From the IMG/VR virus record IMGVR_UViG_3300044617_001027: a stretch of 64,000 nucleotides of DNA; one strand, given 5' to 3'. The notes beneath the pieces were generated by a model. That model had not been told where the DNA came from. It was given only the letters and a program-made list of their open reading frames with translations, and did no database searches. Shown piece after piece: positions 27,155 through 36,897 of the stretch. The position numbers and the translations under genes were made by a program. The stretch's first letter is position 1. Each line of letters opens with the position of its first letter. This DNA comes from an uncultured virus (IMG/VR IMGVR_UViG_3300044617_001027). Lineage: Duplodnaviria > Heunggongvirae > Uroviricota > Caudoviricetes.

Positions 27155-27742
27155 TTACCTGTAAGGCAATCCTCCTAACCAAAGAACTAGAGATTTTCTA
27201 GTACCCGATTCGACAGGAGTAACACGATGTAGCATAAAGGATGGGAAGATAGCGACCCGTCCTTTATTTTTTGGTATAATCGTGTCATGTTTACCGTATT
27301 TCAAGACTAAATCACCTCCGGAATATTCATCCGGTCCTGTTAGTTGAACTGTAATAGATATCTTCCTAAAGCATACAGGAGGCGTTCCGCCACAGTCTAT
27401 ATGCCAGTCATACATCCCTGCGTCCTCGCTATTGTATATCGTGTATTGGATATTTTCTGCGTTGTCTCCAATGTTGAATTGCCACATAGCATTATTGGCT
27501 TCTTCCGCGTAATAGAATAATTTCTCATATATCCAAGCGTACTCTTCGTTATTTGGTAGCCATTTGATAGTACTTCTCCGGTATTCATTAACGTCTTCGG
27601 GAGATCCTAAGACAGATGCATTTTGAGATTGAACTTTATCTGCTAATCTTTCGACCGCTTCTAATTCCAAATCGGAGAAACCGTTAGTGAAAGTGTAGTA
27701 ATTTGTTAAGTTTGGAACAAATTGCTTGAAACCTATTGCCAT
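27155..27742 (-). CDS. 2OG-Fe(II) oxygenase (PKHD/prolyl-4-hydroxylase-like)
   Basis: WHxD, RKIS, YxGGDL, FPSFMLHRVTPV, RKSLVLW. Confidence 0.9.
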   Translation of the reverse strand: MAIGFKQFVPNLTNYYTFTNGFSDLELEAVERLADKVQSQNASVLGSPEDVNEYRRSTIKWLPNNEEYAWIYEKLFYYAEEANNAMWQFNIGDNAENIQYTIYNSEDAGMYDWHIDCGGTPPVCFRKISITVQLTGPDEYSGGDLVLKYGKHDTIIPKNKGRVAIFPSFMLHRVTPVESGTRKSLVLWLGGLPYR

Positions 27743-27743
27743 A

Positions 27744-27947
27744 TTACCCTAGTATTACTTTTTTGTTTTCAGTTAATGTGAACATTCCTTTTAGTCTAGT
27801 AAGATATTCATCGGTTACATAGACAGACACCCATTGTGAATCTCCTGATTCTAGTATGGATAACTCGGCCTCTAGCCTACATTCTGTTACAAGGATGTCG
27901 TTATTTACTTTTTCTACATCCTGTTTTTTAACCCAAATCTGTTTCAT
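27744..27947 (-). CDS. hypothetical protein
   Basis: Start reassigned to MKQIW. Confidence 0.6.
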   Translation of the reverse strand: MKQIWVKKQDVEKVNNDILVTECRLEAELSILESGDSQWVSVYVTDEYLTRLKGMFTLTENKKVILG

Positions 27948-28122
27948 TTTTTTCTGTTTTTTCTTCTTTTTGTAAATCAGAATATAGAGCTTTATCAATA
28001 TTGTTGACAAGTTGATTTTTTAGCGTAGTATGATTTTCTACCATTTGAATGTAGTATTTCAATTCATACTCTATCCTACCTAGCTCTATAAACATTGCAT
28101 CTAAATCTTTTTGTTCAGTCAT
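27928..28122 (-). CDS. small coiled-coil protein
   Basis: 64 aa in a tight operon. Confidence 0.65.
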   Translation of the reverse strand: MTEQKDLDAMFIELGRIEYELKYYIQMVENHTTLKNQLVNNIDKALYSDLQKEEKTEKNETDLG

Positions 28123-28123
28123 A

Positions 28124-28354
28124 TTACTTTGTGTAATTTTCTATATATTCTTTTATCCTTTCTTGAACTTCGGAAAAATCAGGATTTATTTTATGAGAGA
28201 TAAGAAATTTTTCTAGCTCCTCTCTTTTACCAGTAAATTCATTTTTCCTATTCAGATAAATATTAAACAAATATTCATTGTAATAGGTTTTATAATCCTC
28301 TGTATTTTCTGCGGAATTGTATAAAATACTTTCGCTCCATTCTAGTGAAATCAT
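28124..28354 (-). CDS. hypothetical protein
   Basis: 76 aa in a tight operon. Confidence 0.7.
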   Translation of the reverse strand: MISLEWSESILYNSAENTEDYKTYYNEYLFNIYLNRKNEFTGKREELEKFLISHKINPDFSEVQERIKEYIENYTK

Positions 28355-28356
28355 AA

Positions 28357-28881
28357 TTAAAAATTTTTGGGTCCTATTAAATTTCCTACATTTACATAAT
28401 AACAGTTATAGCACAACACTCTTATATTTTCTATTCTTTGATTATCTGTATTTCCGTCTATGTGATCTAAAAGAAAGGGACTTGACTCGTCTGATAATCT
28501 CTTTTCATGAAATCCGCATAGACAACACTTACTTGAGACCAATCCAGACATTAGTAGCCTCTTTTTGAAGTGAGTTTTATTTTTACAAATTCTCTTACCC
28601 TCTAGCACCTCTTTTAAATCAGAAAAGAAATCAGATGCCTTGGGTGTTCTAAAAACGCCTACTCCACTCTTGTTATTGGAAGTTTCATACCAGGTCTCTC
28701 CGGTATTAGGGTTTTTGTATATAGATGCGTATTTTTTGAAGGTAGATGGAGAAACTCGAAGGAATCTAGCTGCTTGTGCCGAAGAGTTAGTATTTTCTAT
28801 TGCGTATTTTATTTCGGACTCGCTTAGATTTATTTGAGGCCGCCCATTAGGATTAAAAGACTTTCGTTGAAACAGGCTCAT
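28357..28881 (-). CDS. HTH + HNH endonuclease-like protein
   Basis: SSAQAARFL HTH; CCLCG, LDHIDG..N..LCYNC. Confidence 0.8.
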   Translation of the reverse strand: MSLFQRKSFNPNGRPQINLSESEIKYAIENTNSSAQAARFLRVSPSTFKKYASIYKNPNTGETWYETSNNKSGVGVFRTPKASDFFSDLKEVLEGKRICKNKTHFKKRLLMSGLVSSKCCLCGFHEKRLSDESSPFLLDHIDGNTDNQRIENIRVLCYNCYYVNVGNLIGPKNF

Positions 28882-29294
28882 TATATGTTTGTTATATGTA
28901 CTTCAAAATTCATGTTATCTGCTATTAAATCTTCGCAGTATTCATTTATTAGTTCGGAATCTTGTACTTTTTTAAAATCTACTTTTTTATTATTTTTAAG
29001 GATGATAGCTAATTGTTCTGCCGATGTAATAGGAATGCCTAAGAAATTATAAAATACTTCTACGTAATCCTTAATCGTTGATCCATTATCATGCACTACA
29101 ATTTTATACTCATGCTTACCATCTTTGCTAATCCAATTTTCAGGAAGAACAATGTTAGATAAAGTATTTGATAAATCATTTATTGCATCTTCGAAATGTA
29201 GGTATTCTTTTACAGACAATGGATAGCCTGTATGAGGATCTATCAAATACATGTAAACTTTATCCAATAATGGAATCCATTTTAATCTAAACAT
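28881..29294 (-). CDS. hypothetical protein
   Basis: 137 aa. Confidence 0.7.
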   Translation of the reverse strand: MFRLKWIPLLDKVYMYLIDPHTGYPLSVKEYLHFEDAINDLSNTLSNIVLPENWISKDGKHEYKIVVHDNGSTIKDYVEVFYNFLGIPITSAEQLAIILKNNKKVDFKKVQDSELINEYCEDLIADNMNFEVHITNI

Positions 29295-29496
29295 GTTTAA
29301 TTTGTTTTAAAGCGTTCTTAATTATAATACATTTAGCAAAATCATTTTTCTTTTCATAATACTTTAACATCTTCTCTGATATGTCTATTTTTTCATGTTT
29401 AGACACTTTATCTGACCAATTAGTGAAATTATTTTTAGATGTTATGTCAAAGACTAAATCTATCGCTGCTTCTTCATAATCACTTATCTTGGCCAT
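29287..29496 (-). CDS. small UVR-motif-like protein
   Basis: LKYYEKKNDFAKCIIIK. Confidence 0.5.
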   Translation of the reverse strand: MAKISDYEEAAIDLVFDITSKNNFTNWSDKVSKHEKIDISEKMLKYYEKKNDFAKCIIIKNALKQIKHV

Positions 29497-30217
29497 CTTT
29501 ATCTGGTTTAGCGGGTGCACTTTTTGGTTTTTCTTTAGGCTGTTCTTTTTGTTTTGGCTTTTCTTGAGTTTTGGCTGGATTCCTGTCTGCTTGTTTTGTT
29601 GTAGGTTCTTCTACAGGCTCTACCTCTTCCTCAATAAATTCGCTTATATGGAGAGTCATTACTTGGTTCTTCAACTCTCTTCCGTTTATTTTTAATTTTG
29701 CTGCAACTAGTTCTGATGGGTCCTCCTTAAAATATCCGATAGAAAATTCATTGTCCTTTAACAGCCTGACAATAACTCCACTATCTCCTGCATCATTTCT
29801 TACAATCTGATATCCACTCTCTTCTAAAGTCGTATCCGCTCCCTGGGCGCCTAAATCTTTTACTTTAGTCTTATCCTCTTCCTCTGGTGCGGCTTTTTTT
29901 TCATTTTCTGGATTCTCTTCGGCAAATGCGTCAAAAAATTTCTCCCAAAGAGCTCGAGCTTTCTTAATGTTAAAAATTTTTATCTTATCTTTGGTTCTAC
30001 TTAACGCACTATCTATACGGTTTAAAATACCCTGGGCTACCTTAGATTTATATCCTCTAGGTAGGTCTGATCTTTTTAGTGTTAGAATTGATTTTGCAGC
30101 TCTTTTAGAATCAGCAAACTCAAACTTCATGCCCTGCTTTGCAACTTTCTGATCTAGTTCAGCAGTAGACAATGTTTTTATATCCTTATCCTGTTGTTTT
30201 AAATCTACGTCTGCCAT
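29480..30217 (-). CDS. hypothetical charged protein with K/E/P-rich tail
   Basis: 245 aa. Confidence 0.75.
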   Translation of the reverse strand: MADVDLKQQDKDIKTLSTAELDQKVAKQGMKFEFADSKRAAKSILTLKRSDLPRGYKSKVAQGILNRIDSALSRTKDKIKIFNIKKARALWEKFFDAFAEENPENEKKAAPEEEDKTKVKDLGAQGADTTLEESGYQIVRNDAGDSGVIVRLLKDNEFSIGYFKEDPSELVAAKLKINGRELKNQVMTLHISEFIEEEVEPVEEPTTKQADRNPAKTQEKPKQKEQPKEKPKSAPAKPDKDGQDK

Positions 30218-30218
30218 C

Positions 30219-30833
30219 TTATTTTATTGATGATTCGTTAATTGCTATGCCGGTTATCCCTAGAGTAACTTTACCTAACTTTCTTGGGAATAGAATAAAG
30301 ATGAAGTCTGTGATAATACCTGCAAGTTTTACCGATTCTTTATATATTATAACAGATCCATTAGCTAATATTTCTTTTTCTTTTAAAGATATTGTGTCAT
30401 GAGCTTCCTGACCTAATATACATTTATCTGTTTGTCCTAGATGATTAGACACGGATTCAGTACAATTTTTAACAAAAGTTTCCACGTAAGCTGTATTTGT
30501 TGCTAATAATTTACCTTCTGAACTTTTTAGCCACATAGGTAAAGGTAAATCTAGTGCTGAACTTTCCAACAAAGATATTCCATTTTTTAGAACAAATATT
30601 TCTTGCTTTAGTTTTAAGTTATCCTCGGAAGATGTACTAGATTTAGATTCTAATTCATGTAGTTTTTCCTCTAAATCTTCTATTATTTTATCCTGTCTTC
30701 CTAATAACGTATTATAATCTACAGATTTTTGCTTATTCTTGTTTATCCAATAAGAAAAAATATGTCTAATGCCTAGCGCACTAAGTATGGCGGTTATTCC
30801 ATAAAATAAATTAGTTATTTCTGGTAATTTCAT
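30219..30833 (-). CDS. TM + coiled-coil + PAS domain protein
   Basis: N-terminal TM; LPLPMWLKxxxG..NxAY..LGxTD..E..IL..G PAS signature. Confidence 0.75.
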   Translation of the reverse strand: MKLPEITNLFYGITAILSALGIRHIFSYWINKNKQKSVDYNTLLGRQDKIIEDLEEKLHELESKSSTSSEDNLKLKQEIFVLKNGISLLESSALDLPLPMWLKSSEGKLLATNTAYVETFVKNCTESVSNHLGQTDKCILGQEAHDTISLKEKEILANGSVIIYKESVKLAGIITDFIFILFPRKLGKVTLGITGIAINESSIK

Positions 30834-31537
30834 TTCTTACTTTTTTTGTCCGCGGCATCCATTTGTCTTATTATTTTATTAGCCCACGACCTTCCTGGGG
30901 ATCCACCCCAAAGTAACCCTGCGATATAACCTCTATCTTGACTAGGGGATTTACCTGCATCCACTTTTAAATTTTTGTTATGTCTACTGAAAAAATTTCT
31001 CATTCTTTTAACTGTTTCAGGACTCATCTTACTTTTATTTTTTAAGTTAGATGCTCTCTGAACTCCGGAACCTACGCCCGCTTGTTTAGCCTGCTTTGCA
31101 TTTAAGCCTCCTTTACCTCCTGACTTTTTCCTCATCTCCAATCCCCTTTCTGCGGCTTTTGCTACACTATCTGGAGGGGTAAAATTTATATGACTGTATT
31201 TGCCCTCAAGTAATTTATATATCTGCTCTTTAAGATAAGTAACTGATTCTTTGTTAACCTCCTCTTCTTCTCCGCCTTCAACGCTTCCAATGTTCGGTAT
31301 TGCTGCGTCAGATTTATTTAACATGTCTAGGGTATAGGTATTAGATCCTATTTTTACTTTTGTTACCGCCTTATAATCAAAAGGAGCCGACTTACCAGAA
31401 GCCTGATAGCCGGTCCCTTTATTTTTACCCAAATCATTTTTTGAAGGTACAGATAGCATATTGCCGTCAACAAAAACCTTTAATGACAATCCTGTGTCCA
31501 AATATTGAGATAGATATTCTTTGTCAAAATATAGCAT
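30830..31537 (-). CDS. phage protein with a conserved head-associated C-terminal domain
   Basis: PP..AxxAxRGL, ETVKRMxxFFSRH, IAxLLWGG..G..WA. Confidence 0.6.
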   Translation of the reverse strand: MLYFDKEYLSQYLDTGLSLKVFVDGNMLSVPSKNDLGKNKGTGYQASGKSAPFDYKAVTKVKIGSNTYTLDMLNKSDAAIPNIGSVEGGEEEEVNKESVTYLKEQIYKLLEGKYSHINFTPPDSVAKAAERGLEMRKKSGGKGGLNAKQAKQAGVGSGVQRASNLKNKSKMSPETVKRMRNFFSRHNKNLKVDAGKSPSQDRGYIAGLLWGGSPGRSWANKIIRQMDAADKKSKK

Positions 31538-31591
31538 ATTCTTTTTTATATAAATAGTTATAAAAGAAGTATAAATTATAAATATGCCACA

Positions 31592-32101
31592 TTACTTCTT
31601 TTTTTTCTTCTTAGCTGCTTGAGCCTGCTTCCATAACTTGCTATCAGCATCTCTAGAACCACCTACACCGGTAATAAAGCTATTCACTCTACCCATCGCC
31701 CATTGATCTTGAGATACACCAGGTCTATGTCCGGTATTCCAGGCAGCTTTTCCTTTATTGTAAACTTGACGTAAAATTCCTAGAGGTATTTCAGATTTCT
31801 CTGCTTTATTTTCTAGTCCTTCTTCCGAAGCATCTTCATCTAAAGAAATAGCGTCCATGTACTCTATTACCTTTTGTTGAACGATTTCTCCGAATCTTTT
31901 TTTGAACGCACTAGTAGCTGCTCCTTGTTTTGTTTTTATCCTCTCCCCCTTGTCTGTATAATCTGCGTCCCAATCCTGCTTGTACTTATCCTTCCCTGAA
32001 AATTTTTCTATTTCCCTTTTCATTGCTTCTTTGGATCCCATTTTTCCCTTATCTTTTAACCCTTTAAGATATTTTTTAGGTACTTTCTTTTGATCGTCCA
32101 T
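31592..32101 (-). CDS. DUF5824-like viral protein
   Basis: IPLGILRQVYNKGKAAWNTGHRPG..QWAMGRVNSF. Confidence 0.65.
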   Translation of the reverse strand: MDDQKKVPKKYLKGLKDKGKMGSKEAMKREIEKFSGKDKYKQDWDADYTDKGERIKTKQGAATSAFKKRFGEIVQQKVIEYMDAISLDEDASEEGLENKAEKSEIPLGILRQVYNKGKAAWNTGHRPGVSQDQWAMGRVNSFITGVGGSRDADSKLWKQAQAAKKKKKK

Positions 32102-32115
32102 AATACATTTTTGTT

Positions 32116-33477
32116 TTATAAGTTATTATTTAATTTTTCCATTTCCAAAAAGTCTAAAACAGGTCTATATCTATCAAAATATTCCGGATAGATTTCTTTA
32201 TACTCTCTTAATTGGTAGAGATTATCTAGTTTTATTAAATCCTTCTCATAAGTTTTTGAAATAGATTTGTCATTTTGAATATGTATTGTACCAATATTAC
32301 TTTCATACATCCCAGGAGCATAATTTTCTATAATAAATGGAAATTTTTGTAGGAAATCGAATACCTCATTAACTTTAATCTTATCCCATTCCATGCTAAT
32401 AACTATACTATTATCTAACACTATTTGATTTACAGGAGTATATTTATAGTTGTACCCCCAAAGTCTATCAGCTAAGTAATATAAAGTATTTGCCTGTTCT
32501 TTATCTATATAAAACTTAATTAAGTCTCTGTATTTTTTATCTCCTACAATATGCAAAGAATCAGAAAAAATTTCTAAGAATCCAATAAAATCTATAAACT
32601 CTTCATCGGTTGGTTGATTTGTTTCAGAAGACATGTCGACAATGATTCCAATATTATATTTTTTATTAGGAGATATTGCATGATATTCATTTTGAAGTGG
32701 CATTCCTCCCCATTTCCTAATGAAATTTCTTGTAGATATGATGTTCTGCTTCTCCCATTCATCCGAATTTTTACCAACTTGTGTGATAGTTGGATTAAAT
32801 CTTGATCCTCTACATGTCATGTGATAAACAAATCCTTCCCATGTCTGTACAAATGTTGCGCCATTTAACATTAATCTATTCCAAATGTCAGAATCTTCTT
32901 TTGATTGAACATAGAATAGGGAATCATGTCCACCAATGCTTAAAAATTCTTCTTTATAAAAAGCCCATGGAGCAAAGACACCGTTAGTTATTGGTTTCTT
33001 CTTTTTTACATAACTTTCGGCTAATTTTAGAAACAAATCCTCCTTGAATGTTTCAGGCTCGGTACCTAAATCAGACGTTATCTTCTCATGTCCCGGAGGA
33101 TGTAATGGAGGTTCTACTCTAGTAAGTGAGACAACAGTTTTCTTATCTACCATGTTTTTCTCAATAGCGTCCAATGCTCCTGGAGCTAAATACATGTCGC
33201 AATGCCATATAATGCATATATCATGTAAGGATCTTCTAATTAAAGCATCATATAATATAGTGTGACCTAATCTTGTATCTCCTTCATTCCGCATAATTTT
33301 TAACATTGGATTTACTAGAGATTCGCTGTAAACCCACTCCCATGTACCATCAGTGGAGGCATCGTCAGCAAAACAGATTTCCACTTCATGATTTCCTTTA
33401 TTTTTCATAATGGAATCATACGACCATTTGAAATACTTTAAGTTATTTCTTCCGGGAACAATAAAACTAATTTTCAT
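32116..33477 (-). CDS. glycosyltransferase family 2
   Basis: ISFIVP, DDASTDGT, HCDM, EDSD. Confidence 0.88.
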   Translation of the reverse strand: MKISFIVPGRNNLKYFKWSYDSIMKNKGNHEVEICFADDASTDGTWEWVYSESLVNPMLKIMRNEGDTRLGHTILYDALIRRSLHDICIIWHCDMYLAPGALDAIEKNMVDKKTVVSLTRVEPPLHPPGHEKITSDLGTEPETFKEDLFLKLAESYVKKKKPITNGVFAPWAFYKEEFLSIGGHDSLFYVQSKEDSDIWNRLMLNGATFVQTWEGFVYHMTCRGSRFNPTITQVGKNSDEWEKQNIISTRNFIRKWGGMPLQNEYHAISPNKKYNIGIIVDMSSETNQPTDEEFIDFIGFLEIFSDSLHIVGDKKYRDLIKFYIDKEQANTLYYLADRLWGYNYKYTPVNQIVLDNSIVISMEWDKIKVNEVFDFLQKFPFIIENYAPGMYESNIGTIHIQNDKSISKTYEKDLIKLDNLYQLREYKEIYPEYFDRYRPVLDFLEMEKLNNNL

Positions 33478-34465
33478 TTACTAGATTATTAAGTTTGTTT
33501 ATAAAACGTTTTTTAAATACATCTTCGTGGTAATTCTCCTTGTATAAGAACAAAGTCTCCTCCGAGCATGTGTTATAGAATGTAGGGTCTGATAATTTTT
33601 TAACCATCTCCCCGGCGGCCTTAACATCTCCTAGTTCTACGGTAGTATATGGATGAAGGTATTCTTGAGTATCTAAGCCTCGGTAGCCAATACAGGGAAT
33701 GCCTAGATATGAGCAATTCAATGCAAATGTACCGGCGGCATGAGTTCTCATCAAGTGAATACCAATCTTAGCCTTATCTGCTAGTGTTTCGATAAAATAA
33801 GTCCAGTCCATGTAAGGTAGATGGTTGATATCCGGAATTAAATCTTCCTCTTCCTTCTTTCTTCCCATTGAAGGAGCAAATATTGGAATTTCAGATTCAG
33901 TTCTTAAGAAAGATTTCCTACCGCTCAGAGCCGTTAGAAAAGAATCCATTCCGCCATACCAAGAACAGGAATTACCGCCAATTACAATACCTTCTGCTTC
34001 GTATTTCTTAGATACTATATGTTTAACAGTATCTTCAATCATTAGAGACGGCATGACTAGACATTCTAAATTAGTAATTCCCTTGTAGTATTTATAATCG
34101 GATGAATTATGACAAAGTAGAAAATCACAAGTTCTAAGCGCGTTATAGAAATTTATTTGAGTTTCTACGTCATAGTCCTGCCAGTACCAGTTGGGACCTT
34201 CTTGCATCATACACACTTTCTTAGCAAAGTATTCCTTAATAAACTCTATTTCTAAGAAAGGATCTTTTTTACCCGGAATAATAATAGCTAAATCTACCTT
34301 TTTAAAAGATGGAGTACTCTCTATATATTGCTTTATTAACTGCGTATTAGAAGGAACGTTTAGTGCATCCAAAGCAATTGACCATGCGACATCAGTTCTT
34401 GCGTTATGGAAGTCTCTAGGGTATTTGACAAAATTACCAATTTCCGATATTATAGCTATTTTCAT
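33467..34465 (-). CDS. GT-B glycosyltransferase-like protein
   Basis: MKIAII start; GTFALNC..LGIPCIG C-terminal GT-B pattern. Confidence 0.65.
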   Translation of the reverse strand: MKIAIISEIGNFVKYPRDFHNARTDVAWSIALDALNVPSNTQLIKQYIESTPSFKKVDLAIIIPGKKDPFLEIEFIKEYFAKKVCMMQEGPNWYWQDYDVETQINFYNALRTCDFLLCHNSSDYKYYKGITNLECLVMPSLMIEDTVKHIVSKKYEAEGIVIGGNSCSWYGGMDSFLTALSGRKSFLRTESEIPIFAPSMGRKKEEEDLIPDINHLPYMDWTYFIETLADKAKIGIHLMRTHAAGTFALNCSYLGIPCIGYRGLDTQEYLHPYTTVELGDVKAAGEMVKKLSDPTFYNTCSEETLFLYKENYHEDVFKKRFINKLNNLVNEN

Positions 34466-34468
34466 ATA

Positions 34469-35056
34469 TTATAGAACTTTACAAATTACTCCCTCGCTGT
34501 CCGCTAAAATAACACTATTAAAAACATTATAGCCGGCCTCATGTCCAATATGCTTAACAATTTCCATTCTTTTAAAATCAATCGTTTCATCCACTGCTCT
34601 CTTTACTCCTTTTGCAGTGGGATGTCCATAATCATCAAATGCAATATATAAATCTTTGTCTTCTCTCTTCATTCTAAGACATCTTTCTATATCTTCTTTT
34701 ACATTTGAATAATCATGTACGCAATCAATAAAACATAAATCTATCTCATCGGTTATAGTCATGTAGGTCATGTTAGAGTAAGCATTTCCAACTATACATG
34801 ATATATTTTTTCTACCTCTATTATTTTCAATTACTTTTTTGATATTATCATCAGAATGGTCTATAGCATAAACCTTTTCAGCAATATAGGATAATACTCT
34901 AGTTGTATATCCCCAATTAGCACCTATTTCTAAACAAGTTTTAATTGGCTTATCAGAGAAGAACTCTAGTAAATCTTTTTTAAATTTATGAGAAGTCGTG
35001 TTCTTGTTCTCTTTTTTGTCCGGTATTCCTTGTAGGATTTCTTCGTAGTTATACAT
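34469..35056 (-). CDS. class I SAM-dependent methyltransferase (Methyltransf_24-like)
   Basis: LEIGANWGYTT, DLCFIDCVHDY, FDDY. Confidence 0.85.
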   Translation of the reverse strand: MYNYEEILQGIPDKKENKNTTSHKFKKDLLEFFSDKPIKTCLEIGANWGYTTRVLSYIAEKVYAIDHSDDNIKKVIENNRGRKNISCIVGNAYSNMTYMTITDEIDLCFIDCVHDYSNVKEDIERCLRMKREDKDLYIAFDDYGHPTAKGVKRAVDETIDFKRMEIVKHIGHEAGYNVFNSVILADSEGVICKVL

Positions 35057-35978
35057 AAAATAATCTTGTTAGTTTTTCGTAAAATATGTTATCTTGTTTA
35101 ACAATAAAATCTCGGAAAAGGTTACACTTATAATGATATTTATCCGGATTTCTATATATATCAGAAGCAACTTTATGATACTCGGAAGGAGATGATGCAA
35201 AGTTCATATAGCTAGCTGCTCCAAAAAACTCAATATCATAAGGATAAGTAATAATAGGACATTTTGAGAAAGCGATTTCGGAATATCTATTATTTATCAT
35301 GCCTAATTCTCTTTGGCCTTTACCTATAATAGCAACAGCACTTTTTGCAGATTTATATAATGACCCTATATTATTTGGCGGCAACATTTCTACCCAATTC
35401 TTATGATTATTCCAGCCATTACCATAAATAGATATTACATCATTTTGCTCCGAGAAAAATATATCCCTTTCTAACTTGTATGAATCATCTGTAAGCCTAT
35501 TGAATCCCATTCCTAGAAATACACTCTTTTTATCATATTGAGGATTGTAAACTAATTCAGAATCATCAATAGCCAGGAAGTAATATTCAAAATGCTCTGC
35601 GCAAACATTAGTAAATAAATCATCATACATTTTTTTAGAATTGGTGATTATCTTATCGTAATAAACTCCCCATCCTTTTACAATGCCTTCATATCCTAAA
35701 ATGCCATTAGATGTTGCACATAATATTCTATTTCTACATTTTACATTTTTAATTATGTCGAATGTAGCTGCATCTAACATCTCATAATAAATGACATCAG
35801 GATCTATCTCATCAATGCTATTTTTATATTCTTCTGCATTTTTAGCATCAATTTGAGACATGTTCAACTGATGCAATAAAATAACTTCATGTCCTTTCTC
35901 ATGTAATTTTTTTCCCAATGCTTCCGATAACTTATAATTACCCATGGGATACGGCTGATGTATAATTAAAATTCTCAT
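35049..35978 (-). CDS. glycosyltransferase (CgeB/Glyco_trans_1_2-like)
   Basis: VFLG, IYGNGW, LYKSAK, INNRYSEIA. Confidence 0.75.
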   Translation of the reverse strand: MRILIIHQPYPMGNYKLSEALGKKLHEKGHEVILLHQLNMSQIDAKNAEEYKNSIDEIDPDVIYYEMLDAATFDIIKNVKCRNRILCATSNGILGYEGIVKGWGVYYDKIITNSKKMYDDLFTNVCAEHFEYYFLAIDDSELVYNPQYDKKSVFLGMGFNRLTDDSYKLERDIFFSEQNDVISIYGNGWNNHKNWVEMLPPNNIGSLYKSAKSAVAIIGKGQRELGMINNRYSEIAFSKCPIITYPYDIEFFGAASYMNFASSPSEYHKVASDIYRNPDKYHYKCNLFRDFIVKQDNIFYEKLTRLFYV

Positions 35979-36628
35979 TCTTGAAAAATTATTAGCATTT
36001 CCATGTTATAAGGACTAGAAGCATACACAGAATATCCATAAGAATTTGAAAGATTTTTGATTGTGTCTAATGTAATACCTGTGTAATCGCATTTTCCATC
36101 CTGATTAGTCCCAAATAAATGAGCGTCGTCAATAGCAATCAAATCGTTATCCTGGGCTGTTTCAAAGATAAGCTCTAGTTCTTTTAGGAGAGGAACATCA
36201 TCTTCTCCTCTAGCGTATTTTTCGGCACCTGCGTGAGCGTCTAGCCAAAAGCACATAGGCTCGTCTCTGTCCTTTAAGAATTCACGCAAGAAAGATACGC
36301 TGTCATTCTTATATAACCATAGCTTTTCTGAAAAATAGGAGCATACATCGTTGAAATCGGAATCCTCTGTGTCGTCTGCTAAAATTGCGTCGAAGAATTG
36401 TCCTTTCTCTTCTACTTTCTTGAACCGGTTAGATGCTATTTTGGAAATAGAGTCGCCTAGTTCTACTGTAACCCATTTGTCAAAGTCATCTAAATTTCCG
36501 TTGTATCGAAGTGCCGTAAGAGCTGATCCTCCTTTGAAAGTCCCTGTCTCCACAAATATTTTAGGACAGGGTCTCCTAAGTTTTTCTTGAGCGATTGCCT
36601 GATAAAAGGCCGGTAAAATGTAACCCAT
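35975..36628 (-). CDS. methyltransferase-like protein
   Basis: FVETGTFKG, FWLDAH, IDDA. Confidence 0.75.
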   Translation of the reverse strand: MGYILPAFYQAIAQEKLRRPCPKIFVETGTFKGGSALTALRYNGNLDDFDKWVTVELGDSISKIASNRFKKVEEKGQFFDAILADDTEDSDFNDVCSYFSEKLWLYKNDSVSFLREFLKDRDEPMCFWLDAHAGAEKYARGEDDVPLLKELELIFETAQDNDLIAIDDAHLFGTNQDGKCDYTGITLDTIKNLSNSYGYSVYASSPYNMEMLIIFQE

Positions 36629-36640
36629 AATATAATCTAT

Positions 36641-36895
36641 TTAAATATTTTCGCCGTCTGTTGTTTCGTCAAAAAATAAACCGTATATATCAAATAGAAT
36701 ATCTGCTATTTGATTGTCTATGTCATTAACCCATTTGAAATCCCTGTGATAATACATTTTTCTGATTTCGTCTATTAATTCATCATCATTTGAAGCTAAT
36801 ATAAACGCGACATCTAAATTCAAGTCTTCTTTATCAGTATTAAACCTTACAAGATCTCTTAAAGTTCTTTGTACTAGTTGTAATTTTTCTTCCAT
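36641..36895 (-). CDS. small acidic hypothetical protein
   Basis: 84 aa, coupled to the upstream gene. Confidence 0.7.
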   Translation of the reverse strand: MEEKLQLVQRTLRDLVRFNTDKEDLNLDVAFILASNDDELIDEIRKMYYHRDFKWVNDIDNQIADILFDIYGLFFDETTDGENI

Positions 36896-36897
36896 GG

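Noticed and set aside
27155..27742. 2OG oxygenase as a TET/JBP DNA hydroxylase coupled to the C5-MTase and GTs
   Set aside because: Its motifs match the PKHD/P4H-like type (RKIS, GGDL, FPS..HRVTPV), not TET/JBP, and it is not adjacent to the methyltransferase. Retained only as a weak alternative.
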